From a virus (lineage: Duplodnaviria; Caudoviricetes): a DNA stretch of 51,536 nucleotides. Within the stretch, counting starts at the first letter, position 1; every line of letters begins with the position of its first letter. This document shows positions 1 to 8,938 of the stretch, piece after piece. The translations under genes and the position numbers were made by a program. Below the pieces are notes generated by a model. That model ran no database searches. It was not told the DNA's origin and saw only the letters and a program-made list of their open reading frames with translations. The stretch is taken from the IMG/VR virus record IMGVR_UViG_3300022932_000004, positions 1 through 51,536 of that record. The stretch is one strand, 5' to 3'.

Positions 1-127
1 CCTTTCTTTTAAGCTGTTTAAAACAAAACCCCACGGTTTCACAACGGCGGGGCTTCTCAAACAGAAATACATATTTTGATTGATCTGACGGATTTACTTA
101 TTAAACGGGTTGTACTTTCTTCTGATT
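1..127. repeat. Terminal direct repeat, copy 1 (probable circular-assembly overlap)
   Basis: Bases 1-127 are identical to 51410-51536; 127 is a common assembler k-mer size. Confidence 0.95.
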
Positions 128-441
128 AATATCAGCATGATTGCCGTGCATAGCATTGCGAATCGATCTGCAAGCCTCCACATGACGATACTGTCTAGTG
201 TAAGATATGGATGAACGATGAATGCTATAATACCGGTATAGGTCGCTATAGCATTGGCGACGAAGAACACCATTGAATTGAACATCTGCATAAAATAGAA
301 GTCTACATCATCAGCGCTTACAGCCTTGTCAATGTCGCTTGCCTTTCGGTATGAAAGATAAATGTTTGAAATCAGCAGGATTAATATTAAAATATTCATC
401 CCCGCGATGATAATTCCTATAGTACTTACGTTATTGTTCAT
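94..441 (-). CDS. Small membrane protein (about 3 TM segments)
   Basis: 115 aa ORF with three hydrophobic stretches; last gene of a tightly packed membrane-protein cluster. Confidence 0.7.
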   Translation of the reverse strand: MNNNVSTIGIIIAGMNILILILLISNIYLSYRKASDIDKAVSADDVDFYFMQMFNSMVFFVANAIATYTGIIAFIVHPYLTLDSIVMWRLADRFAMLCTAIMLILIRRKYNPFNK

Positions 442-727
442 TGTCTCGCTCCCTTTCTATAATCTGCAAAACCCTTTTTGCATTTATTAACCGGAGCAAA
501 CCAATCCCCCCTGAACAGAATATAGACAAGATGCCTACAATAATAATTGCCACAAAAAAAAGCGCATAAAAAGTCTCTAAGTGCGCCCTTACGAAAGCCT
601 TTTCGATAACCTCCAATGACAGAATCCAATAGGCAGATAAAGACCCGCAAGCAAATTGAACGCTGTACAATTGAAATCTTTTCCACTTGTCGGAAAGCCC
701 CAATTGCTCCCTTTGTATATCTGTCAT
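431..727 (-). CDS. Small membrane protein (2 TM, holin-like topology)
   Basis: 98 aa, two hydrophobic segments and a charged C-terminus; overlaps the next ORF by 11 bp. Confidence 0.6.
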   Translation of the reverse strand: MTDIQREQLGLSDKWKRFQLYSVQFACGSLSAYWILSLEVIEKAFVRAHLETFYALFFVAIIIVGILSIFCSGGIGLLRLINAKRVLQIIERERDNEQ

Positions 728-735
728 TTAACATC

Positions 736-996
736 CTATATAGAATACCCTAAATCTTTCAGTCTCTTACTAATTCGTCCAACCTGCACTAAAGAAAATA
801 CACTAAAGCAAGTTCCTATAAAAAGGACTACGCCGTAAATGATAAAGGGAGTATATAAATACTCCACATTTACAAACCTACCATCGGGTCTTATTACAAC
901 TGGAATAGAGCATGACTGCATTATAAGGCTGAAAGAAGCTAGTAACGTTAATATTCCCGCTGGCATTGTCCATATTAAATATTTCACTCTTCTCAT
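736..996 (-). CDS. Small membrane protein (2 TM)
   Basis: 86 aa, two hydrophobic segments; ATGA overlap with the upstream ORF. Confidence 0.65.
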   Translation of the reverse strand: MRRVKYLIWTMPAGILTLLASFSLIMQSCSIPVVIRPDGRFVNVEYLYTPFIIYGVVLFIGTCFSVFSLVQVGRISKRLKDLGYSI

Positions 997-1346
997 GATC
1001 TTGTGGCTTTGATTAACTGGTGCTGTACAATAACACTACCAAAAGACGCTAATATAAGAATTGCCATTGTAACCCGTTGATTGTAGACCCAAAATGAATT
1101 ATGAAAAGAACAGAGTATAAAGAATATCCATGTCCCACATTGCATAATCCTGGCAAAATCAATAAACAGGCGGTCTGATAAAGTTTGCTTATTTAATCCC
1201 CACATCGTAGAGAAAAACGCCATACCTTTCTCCATGCTATAATAGAAGTCAGTCCACGCCACCGTGTTTTTCCCAAAGAAGTTATAACCCACTACGCAAA
1301 AAACGTAGAGGGTTATAGAGCTTTTAATCCAGTAACGCTTAAACAT
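993..1346 (-). CDS. Membrane protein (3-4 TM)
   Basis: 117 aa, rich in hydrophobic and aromatic residues; start overlaps the stop of the upstream ORF. Confidence 0.65.
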   Translation of the reverse strand: MFKRYWIKSSITLYVFCVVGYNFFGKNTVAWTDFYYSMEKGMAFFSTMWGLNKQTLSDRLFIDFARIMQCGTWIFFILCSFHNSFWVYNQRVTMAILILASFGSVIVQHQLIKATRS

Positions 1347-1510
1347 TACTCAGGTTTAGGAGGTGAAAGTGGGACGGTCGGAGGGTGAGGTAACCCATCG
1401 TCGCTAGTTAATCCATCGTATTCAAATTCGTCTCCTACTTTTAATCCGTGTACAGTTTCTAACTCCGGATACTTGTCTAAAAATTCGCGTGTGGCTGTAG
1501 TCTTTTGCAT
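1346..1510 (-). CDS. Small protein with Pro-rich tail (start revised to ATG at 1510)
   Basis: MQKTTATREF...PHPPTVPLSPPKPE; TATATTTG element at 1515-1522 lies 4 nt before this ATG. Confidence 0.6.
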   Translation of the reverse strand: MQKTTATREFLDKYPELETVHGLKVGDEFEYDGLTSDDGLPHPPTVPLSPPKPE

Positions 1511-1610
1511 AGACCAAATATATAAATTATTTACCTCATTTGTAACGATGTAGTTGCGTATGATTAAACCTATCGTTTTAGTTTGCATATTAGCATAACA
1601 AATTGACAAT

Positions 1611-1799
1611 ATGGTTAGGGTAGAGTTTTTAGAACAGTATAGAGGGGTAGAGGATGTGGTTTGCCACCACGTAGCTAACGAGGGGCAAAATATAATCCTG
1701 CATTTTACAAAAGATATTTTTTGGACAATTTCGTGCGAAAGGGTGAAACGGGTTAGCCCGGTCTCGATCTCCCTTCCAAACGATGAAGAATTTAAATGA
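1611..1799 (+). CDS. Hypothetical protein
   Basis: 62 aa ATG ORF filling an otherwise empty gap, divergent from the membrane cluster. Confidence 0.5.
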   Translation: MVRVEFLEQYRGVEDVVCHHVANEGQNIILHFTKDIFWTISCERVKRVSPVSISLPNDEEFK

Positions 1800-1957
1800 A
1801 ATGAGAAAGCTAATTTTACTAATACTCGTTATCAGTGGACTGATTTATTGGGTTAAGCTCGTGTCGGACAAGGCAGACGAAAGTTTCGCGAAGAACTACA
1901 AAACACGAAAACCCTAGTCTTTCGGCTAAGGCTTCATGCAATTATGAAAAAAGTAGA

Positions 1958-2251
1958 TTAAGCGATTTCAGCTTTTATTTTTTCAATTTCCGCGGCAACC
2001 AAAACGATTATCTCAGTATCCGCTTCGATCTGATTGAAGGATACGTTTACATTACCCGCGTTAACGGTGTAGCTGAAATTCTGTCCTAATATTTGTTTGC
2101 CCTCAGCGTCTAAAGGTGTGCCGTTCACCTGCATACGGGAAAGCGTGCCGGCTGAAACTTCATAATCGAAATTCAGGTTAAATTTAGGGGTAAGTAGGTT
2201 ATCTACGAACCGAGATGTTTTGAGTGTATTTGTTCTTTTCGGATTGGCCAT
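1958..2251 (-). CDS. Hypothetical protein, possibly tail-fibre associated
   Basis: 97 aa ORF downstream of the tail fibre, translationally coupled to 2251-2556. Confidence 0.6.
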   Translation of the reverse strand: MANPKRTNTLKTSRFVDNLLTPKFNLNFDYEVSAGTLSRMQVNGTPLDAEGKQILGQNFSYTVNAGNVNVSFNQIEADTEIIVLVAAEIEKIKAEIA

Positions 2252-2556
2252 TATTTTAAGTGTTTAGATTTCAGTTGTATGTATTCGATCAGTGCTTTGT
2301 TCATCATTGCACCGAGTAAGGGCGTAGTTTCTACGGCATTTAATAAAACGTCGATTTCTTCTTTGTCCAGCTCTACGATGTTATCTTTCTTAAAGCTGTG
2401 GTATAACTTACTTCCCAGCTCAGCTATGGCAATAGAACTGCCCTGTATGTATAATCTGTCACCAAATACTTTGGTCCAATCTGAGGGCATAATAACAGGT
2501 GTACCGTCCAGTCCTGTAATTTGCACTTCTTTAAAATCTAAAATTGCTTTTTTCAT
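2251..2556 (-). CDS. Hypothetical protein, possible tail-fibre assembly chaperone
   Basis: 101 aa ORF downstream of the fibre gene; TATATTTG at 2561-2568. Function is a positional guess. Confidence 0.6.
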   Translation of the reverse strand: MKKAILDFKEVQITGLDGTPVIMPSDWTKVFGDRLYIQGSSIAIAELGSKLYHSFKKDNIVELDKEEIDVLLNAVETTPLLGAMMNKALIEYIQLKSKHLK

Positions 2557-2631
2557 ATTTCAAATATAGGGAAAATTGTAATATTCACATTACAAAGAGA
2601 TTGATGTTATAAAAAGGCTTAATATTGTGCT

Positions 2632-2949
2632 ATGAAAAAATTAATCGCTTTATTGGCTTTTACAATCGTGCTAGGCACGAGTTGTAAAAAAGAAAACGTA
2701 ACACCAGAAATTTCTCAATCATCGGAATTGAAAGCTAACAATGCAAAAGCCGGTGTACCGGGGCCAGGTTCAACTGTTCCGCCGCCTGCAACCTACCCAG
2801 ATGGGCCAGATACATTTCCGCATAACACCGGTTTATGCTATTGCGGCAAATACTCGGTGTGTCATCCCGTTTTGACTGTACCCACAGGTACACATCCTTC
2901 ACCAGGAACAGGTGGAGATTCCGGTACACCAAGTACACCACCAAGATAA
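2632..2949 (+). CDS. Lipoprotein with Pro/Gly-rich mature part (moron)
   Basis: Signal MKKLIALLAFTIVLGTS-CKKE (type II signal with Cys); internal H-x4-CxC-x5-CH motif. Confidence 0.75.
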   Translation: MKKLIALLAFTIVLGTSCKKENVTPEISQSSELKANNAKAGVPGPGSTVPPPATYPDGPDTFPHNTGLCYCGKYSVCHPVLTVPTGTHPSPGTGGDSGTPSTPPR

Positions 2950-2961
2950 CACAAGCACGAA

Positions 2962-2996
2962 TAAAAAAGCCCTGCTATGAGAATAGCGGGGTTTTG
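2962..2996 (+). terminator. Rho-independent terminator-like hairpin
   Basis: aaaaaaGCCCTGCTAT-gaga-ATAGCGGGGtttt between the two lipoprotein genes. Confidence 0.65.
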
Positions 2997-3017
2997 AGTT
3001 AACTAAGAATCATAAAA

Positions 3018-3341
3018 ATGAAAAAATTAATCGCACTATCAGCAATTGTATTACTAGGTTTTACAGCTTGCAAAAAAGAAGAAGTTAAACTTAGCACTTA
3101 TGTAACTTACTCAGTGAATTGCAAATCCTGCCAGGTTACCTATAACAACGAATTTGGATTTTCCAAAACACTAAACGTAACCGGCCAATGGGATTTAGTA
3201 CTTGCTAATTACGAAGCGAAAACCGCCAAACTCGATATTATTAAAATACAAGCGTCGCCGGTTCTCGCCTCAATCTCCCTTAGTGGATATGAAGTGGTTA
3301 AGAAATTCGATTTCGGTACCTATGAATATACCGTAAACTAA
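3018..3341 (+). CDS. Lipoprotein (moron)
   Basis: Signal MKKLIALSAIVLLGFTA-CKKE; beta-rich mature domain with CxxC. Confidence 0.75.
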   Translation: MKKLIALSAIVLLGFTACKKEEVKLSTYVTYSVNCKSCQVTYNNEFGFSKTLNVTGQWDLVLANYEAKTAKLDIIKIQASPVLASISLSGYEVVKKFDFGTYEYTVN

Positions 3342-6300
3342 GGGGATATAATAATCCCATTTCTCACAGTCAGCACTACACCGCCATAGCCAGTTACAAA
3401 TCCGTTATAACCTAAAGACCCGCCCATTCTTAAATTTCCATTTGGAATGTCTATAGCGATATTTGTCCTGGCATTTTGCGCGTTAGCTAACATGCCTATG
3501 TTTACAGACCCGCTCTCTACGTTTGAAAATCTAGCTAGCACCTTTACCCCAGCGGCCGCGCTGACCACATTAGACCCTATCCCTGAAAAAGAGCCTGTAG
3601 TGTCGTTTATGAAAGCGATATAACCACCCGAAGGGTTAAGTGCAAATCTGCCTCCAATTGTATCCCCGTTAGTTCCCTGCATGTATCCGCTCGATATGCT
3701 AAATCCACCAATAATACCGCTTGTTGCGTTTATATACCCGGAAATGTTAGCGTCAGTGGCTGTTAACACCCCTGTGTTTGTCACGCTGAAAGCCCCGTTA
3801 CTGGAGGCAATCGAATTGTTGTTAATGCTAATCCCGCCTATCGTTCCGCTTTTTGCTGTCAGCACCCCCGCGCTGGTCACGCTGAAATTATTGTTACTGG
3901 AATAAATTGAGTTATTGGAAAGGATGATTCCGCCGATTGTGCCTTGGTAGAAATTAGCCGCTAAACCTTCAATGTAACCTACGTTAATTACGCTCGCCTT
4001 TAAATACACCGTATCGATCAGCGTATTTTTCAAATAGCCTCCCTGAATAACCGTAGTCCCTAATTTAGCCGTTTCAACTGTATCGAGATAGGCCAGCGAT
4101 TTTAACTGGCTTAGGCTGTAGGTCGTAGCAATTCCCTGCGCCTGAGCATACGCATAGGCTTCCGCATCCTGTTGCGCCTGATCGGTGTAGGTTAAGGAGT
4201 CAATTGTACTGGTCATATCGTACACCGTAGCGGATGCGATATATAAATTGTCCAATACTCCGCCGATGTAAAAGAAAGCAGTACTGGAAAAAGATCCCGT
4301 GGAGCCACATTTTATAGTCCCTATAAATTCCTGCCACCCGCCCGTAAAAACGTTAGATGTATTCCATTGAAACGTCCCCTGGTCACCATAAGCGTTACTG
4401 TTGAAATTTATCGTCTGTCCTATGTTTCCTGCGATTACAAAACGCACTTTAAATACCGCGTTTGGTCTTGTTTGTGTTGCAAAATAAAATCCTCCGTAGT
4501 TAGGCAACGCGGATGCGCTTGGTTGCAAATAAAGAACATAACCGGAACTATTCGGAGACCCCGATAACGCAGTTCGGTTCAAAACTACCGAACTGTCTCC
4601 GCTGTTGTTGTATACAGCTATGCCGTTATATCCTAATAAAAATTCAGGGTCTGTATATAGCATTCTACCCGCGGTATATCCTTGCCCTGCCGCGTAATTT
4701 TGAGCGGAAACTAAAACTGAATCTGCATAGCCTGTTACATCCTCAGGTGCAGGTGTCCAGTCGGTCGCTTTGTTCCCTTTTTCAATTTTAAGTTTACGAA
4801 CATTAAAATACACATAAGGCATTCCGGTAAAGTCTACGAAATTATACACATCAGAACTCCAATTAGTAACATTGACTGTGTGTATGAATCTAGTCCACAC
4901 ATCAGGCCCGTCAAGCGGTTTATAAACACCTCCTTGGTCGCAAATGTCAAAATAAGGATACCACCCAGCGCTGTTGGAAATCATTTCGCCGGATATAGTC
5001 CACTCCCCATTTCCTGTAATAACGTCTATTAACCTAACATTACCCGTTCCGCCCGATATTCCAGTCGAGTAAAAACCATCAGGTGAACCGCCTGCCGATG
5101 GGTAGCCGTTAACATCATCGTGGCTTAACGCCCCCATCTGAAAACTGTCTAAAGGGGTGGTTTTCTTATAATAATTCCTGCCTCCTACCTCTAAAGCGTC
5201 TACCTGCGCCTGTGAACCGGCTATGGTCTGCGCATTACCGCCCGTTACGTTTATCGCACCTGTCAGGTACACGTTTTGCCCGTACAGGCCATAACCAGTC
5301 AAAGCGCCGAAAGCAGGGTCAACTATCCCATCTAAACGGCCTAATCGCACTTTAGTTTTACCCGCTAAACTGGCTGAGTTAATCCCGTCCAAAACATCGA
5401 GGTAGGGCGAATTGCTATCGCTGGAGGTTAGGTATAAAAGCCCTTGCCTGTTGGTATTTGAAATATGCCCAAACCTTGCTACCGTATCCCCATATTCGGG
5501 AATACTAGAGCCCCCCTCTGCTGTTTGGGATAGCGTGAAAGCTTCGCTTTCCACTTTTATAACCCTTCTTACGTAATATTTCACACTTCGACCCGACCAC
5601 ATTTGACAACGTAATAAGTCCCCTATCACAAAAGGTACAGGTATAGTGAACCCTGCACTATCTATGTTGCAATAGTAATCCCCGTTCGTGTCTACAACTA
5701 CAGAGGTCATTTTAATCGTATCGGTAACCGCTAAAGCTCCATTAGTCCCGCTGATCTTATTTACAATCAGCTCATACACGTTAAAAGCTTTACGCACGGT
5801 TAAATTATCGAAAGTGGCTGAGCCGTCCGCCTCAATCTTAAAGCCACTACCGGTAAAACCCGAAACATAGGCAGGGGAAGATAACGACCTATGCCTAACA
5901 TCGCTGTTTACCTTTACAGGCTGGTCTAAGTAATCGGCAAACTGGTAACCGTCCCATTTATCCGAGTCCTGCGCATAATCAGCGTTATAGGCCCGTTGCG
6001 CCAAATCTGCGAAATCAGCATTGTAGGCGCGGGTAGCTAAATCCGCAGTTGCCGCGTTACCAGTAATACTGATCGCCCATGTGCCATAAGCGCCCGTACC
6101 GTTATACAGCGGATAGCGCCCGGCATGGTTGCCCCATGAGTAGGCTTCATCCCATAACGTCGGGTGATAACCTGGCGGATTAATATCTGTTCCGATTGGC
6201 ATGTACCGGCTGTCGGATTCCGGTTTGGTGTAATAGTTTGATAAATCCGTAACAATAGATCGGTTGACCCATTTTTCGCCATTAAAAACTAGACCCTGCC

Positions 6301-7003
6301 CATTTACCGGCGTTACAATCGCAACGTCCGTCAATGAAGAAAGCATGGTTGCCGACCCCGAATTTAAGAACGCCGCTAAAGCTGATACGCGTACCTTTTT
6401 TAAGGTGCCGTTCGGTAAGCTGTGCGGAATTAAACTCTCAGAAGTGAGACCTTCGGTATCTAACTCAGGAACGGTAATCGTTTGAATGTCTGCCCCTAAT
6501 ACATTTTGATATATCCTTAATAAATCTCCATTACCGTCTTCGACAATATCATCCCCGGTAGTGTCTGTGGCTAAAACCTGAACAGTCATTCCTGCAATGT
6601 CCGCGGTAAACGGACCGCTTCCAGTGAACGAACAATTCCATGAGGCTTTCGAGTTGACAGAGGCGCTGATTGTTCCGCTGTTCACATAGGCTTTGCCTTC
6701 TAGAATAAAAGCCGGCATCAGCGTGTCTTTTACCGCAAATCGGATGATTACTTCTTCCCCTGTCAGGTAAGCAGATAAAACAGTCCCCGCGCTAGCTCCT
6801 GCGGCTTGAATTAATAGCCCTGCATTAACCGTCACATTCCATGAACGAACCGCAGGGATAACTTCCTTCCACCTTCCGGCATCAACAGGCGAAGCCCCCT
6901 TCATGTCGGCTTCAAAATTAAATTCACAGGAAGTTTCGCAGGAAATGTATTCTCCGTTGATCTGTACCCCTAAAAGGTTGCCGGAAAGTCTATTGTCGCT
7001 CAT
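3338..7003 (-). CDS. Tail fibre / receptor-binding protein with N-terminal tail-tube-like domain
   Basis: 1221 aa; second gene after the tape measure; KIEKGNKATDWTPAPED motif typical of siphovirus tail proteins; Gly/Ser/Thr-rich repeats; first ~135 aa resemble the tube protein at 13698-14165. Confidence 0.8.
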   Translation of the reverse strand: MSDNRLSGNLLGVQINGEYISCETSCEFNFEADMKGASPVDAGRWKEVIPAVRSWNVTVNAGLLIQAAGASAGTVLSAYLTGEEVIIRFAVKDTLMPAFILEGKAYVNSGTISASVNSKASWNCSFTGSGPFTADIAGMTVQVLATDTTGDDIVEDGNGDLLRIYQNVLGADIQTITVPELDTEGLTSESLIPHSLPNGTLKKVRVSALAAFLNSGSATMLSSLTDVAIVTPVNGQGLVFNGEKWVNRSIVTDLSNYYTKPESDSRYMPIGTDINPPGYHPTLWDEAYSWGNHAGRYPLYNGTGAYGTWAISITGNAATADLATRAYNADFADLAQRAYNADYAQDSDKWDGYQFADYLDQPVKVNSDVRHRSLSSPAYVSGFTGSGFKIEADGSATFDNLTVRKAFNVYELIVNKISGTNGALAVTDTIKMTSVVVDTNGDYYCNIDSAGFTIPVPFVIGDLLRCQMWSGRSVKYYVRRVIKVESEAFTLSQTAEGGSSIPEYGDTVARFGHISNTNRQGLLYLTSSDSNSPYLDVLDGINSASLAGKTKVRLGRLDGIVDPAFGALTGYGLYGQNVYLTGAINVTGGNAQTIAGSQAQVDALEVGGRNYYKKTTPLDSFQMGALSHDDVNGYPSAGGSPDGFYSTGISGGTGNVRLIDVITGNGEWTISGEMISNSAGWYPYFDICDQGGVYKPLDGPDVWTRFIHTVNVTNWSSDVYNFVDFTGMPYVYFNVRKLKIEKGNKATDWTPAPEDVTGYADSVLVSAQNYAAGQGYTAGRMLYTDPEFLLGYNGIAVYNNSGDSSVVLNRTALSGSPNSSGYVLYLQPSASALPNYGGFYFATQTRPNAVFKVRFVIAGNIGQTINFNSNAYGDQGTFQWNTSNVFTGGWQEFIGTIKCGSTGSFSSTAFFYIGGVLDNLYIASATVYDMTSTIDSLTYTDQAQQDAEAYAYAQAQGIATTYSLSQLKSLAYLDTVETAKLGTTVIQGGYLKNTLIDTVYLKASVINVGYIEGLAANFYQGTIGGIILSNNSIYSSNNNFSVTSAGVLTAKSGTIGGISINNNSIASSNGAFSVTNTGVLTATDANISGYINATSGIIGGFSISSGYMQGTNGDTIGGRFALNPSGGYIAFINDTTGSFSGIGSNVVSAAAGVKVLARFSNVESGSVNIGMLANAQNARTNIAIDIPNGNLRMGGSLGYNGFVTGYGGVVLTVRNGIIISP

Positions 7004-7014
7004 TTTTTAATTAC

Positions 7015-8937
7015 TTAATTCGGTGTTACAAACTTGCCGTAATGCTTCATTGAAATACTGATGTTGTCGTCACGAACCTCGACACAACTCATGTTAACTA
7101 CATTAGTTTCAGTATTCCAGCTTGCGCTTAAAGGTAGGAAATTTTTACCCGTCAGCGTCTGTATTTGGTATATCTCGCCATACGACCAATTAGAAGCATA
7201 GATTGACCCCTCAAAAACCAATGATGATTTATACCTGTTTCTTAAGACCGCATGACTATTTAAAGCGGTCAGTGTCCCTGTGTATTTAGAGTCTGTAAAA
7301 AACTTCTCAAACCCAGATTGGCTATATTCGGTCATGTAATTAGAGACGTAAAAACCATTATGCGAACTGCTGATGTTTAAAGAGTATTCCTCTTTTTTGG
7401 TGTTATTCCCTTGTGCATAAGTCGCCTCATAAACATCGTTGTTATTGTCTGTATTGATATATATGTCATCAAAAATCACTTTCCTGCCGGTAGGTATTTC
7501 AAAACTAACCAATAACGAAGGGTCTCTAGTTCTTCCAATTGGACTTGAATTTGGTAATGGAAGAATAATATTTTGCTTGGCGTTGAAGTCGATCTGAGCA
7601 ACGTCATTAAGTTTCAGTCCAGGAACAGTAATGCTAATTGAAGTGAAAGACGGTGTCCAAAATCCGTTCTCATTGAGGTAATAGTTAACATTATCCCCAC
7701 TGCAATACAACACTTGGAATTTAAAGCTAGTCGAAGCCCATACAATAAAGCCGTTTGCGTCTAATGTTGCGCCGTTAACAATGGCAAACTTAAATCCAAA
7801 ATTGATATAAGTGTAAAGCACGTCGCTGTCTATAGGTAGATTAGGATTGAACAATTGAAATCCGGTCGCGCCGTTTGGTGATGGGTTGGTAATTTGAACC
7901 GCACTTCCGGCTGAATCGCTTAAACTGCCGACAGATTCGATATAAGCCCCTGCGCTTGCATTGTATAGCCCCCAATATATCGGCACAGAGAAAGACACAA
8001 TGTCCATGTTGCCGTTAGGTAATATATTGTCTCGCTGGTCCTGCTCATAGGTGCTTACTACTGTCCTTAGGGCGGGCAACACCGTGATGATTGCATCTTC
8101 TTCAACAAAACGGTAGTTATAAGTGTTATCTCCGCCAATGGTGAACAGGTTCGGAGATAACGGTAATGTCGTCACGGAGAACCCTTCTAACGTTGCTGGT
8201 ATTTCTCTGTACACGCTAGAGCCGGTCACAATATCATTTATCCTTTCAATTTCCCATGCACCATTTGATTGATGCATTCGGCATTGTAGAGACCTTAACA
8301 TATTTTCTAAAATATAGAGACAAGATTTGTAGTTGCCTATATAATCCGTAAAACCTTCCCCTCTTGGCGCCCATTCTACAGAACCACTAAATATATCAAA
8401 CTCTCCTGGAAAAGCAGGATTTGTGACGGCGCAGGACCACCTGATCGGTAATGGCATCCCGAGGTTGTTCGTAGCAAACAGAATCTGTCTGAAATAGTTC
8501 AAAATACACCTTCCTCCTTGCAGATTGTTATGGGTGTAGTCTAATGTGTCAAGTAATTTCAACCCATCTGTTGCGGTGATATTTAACTCAAAAGGCGCGG
8601 ATTGAAAAGTTTGCTGAATCCCATCAGGGATAAGAAATCCTTTCCATTTCAATTCTGAATCTACGGAGAATTCGACCACAAAGTCGCGGTCATTTGCCTG
8701 TTGCAATTCTAAAATATCTATCGGGTTGCCTTCGGTTTGAAAAACATTAATTGAAGCTTTGCTGTTTATAATCGGCTCATAAGGGTCATCTCCGCAATCA
8801 TAGCTAATAACGCAAGCCTGACCCTCTACGCCACGCAAAGGAATAATTGCCCCGCTATAAGGAGCGACAGGCGAAATATCAACTCTGCACCTTTGATTAA
8901 AGTTATCCCGGTAGTCAACCCTGTATTTTACCGCCAT
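7015..8937 (-). CDS. Tail tip / baseplate hub protein
   Basis: 640 aa beta-rich ORF immediately downstream of the tape measure gene. Confidence 0.65.
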   Translation of the reverse strand: MAVKYRVDYRDNFNQRCRVDISPVAPYSGAIIPLRGVEGQACVISYDCGDDPYEPIINSKASINVFQTEGNPIDILELQQANDRDFVVEFSVDSELKWKGFLIPDGIQQTFQSAPFELNITATDGLKLLDTLDYTHNNLQGGRCILNYFRQILFATNNLGMPLPIRWSCAVTNPAFPGEFDIFSGSVEWAPRGEGFTDYIGNYKSCLYILENMLRSLQCRMHQSNGAWEIERINDIVTGSSVYREIPATLEGFSVTTLPLSPNLFTIGGDNTYNYRFVEEDAIITVLPALRTVVSTYEQDQRDNILPNGNMDIVSFSVPIYWGLYNASAGAYIESVGSLSDSAGSAVQITNPSPNGATGFQLFNPNLPIDSDVLYTYINFGFKFAIVNGATLDANGFIVWASTSFKFQVLYCSGDNVNYYLNENGFWTPSFTSISITVPGLKLNDVAQIDFNAKQNIILPLPNSSPIGRTRDPSLLVSFEIPTGRKVIFDDIYINTDNNNDVYEATYAQGNNTKKEEYSLNISSSHNGFYVSNYMTEYSQSGFEKFFTDSKYTGTLTALNSHAVLRNRYKSSLVFEGSIYASNWSYGEIYQIQTLTGKNFLPLSASWNTETNVVNMSCVEVRDDNISISMKHYGKFVTPN

Positions 8938-8938
8938 G

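Noticed and set aside
438-734. Alternative 98-aa ORF overlapping 431-727
   Set aside because: Same-strand alternative frame without recognisable features; 431-727 has clear TM segments matching the cluster.
3750-3945. Two ~32-aa repeats in the fibre C-terminus as DGR template/variable repeats
   Set aside because: They are tandem in-frame structural repeats, differences are not confined to adenines, and no reverse transcriptase is present.
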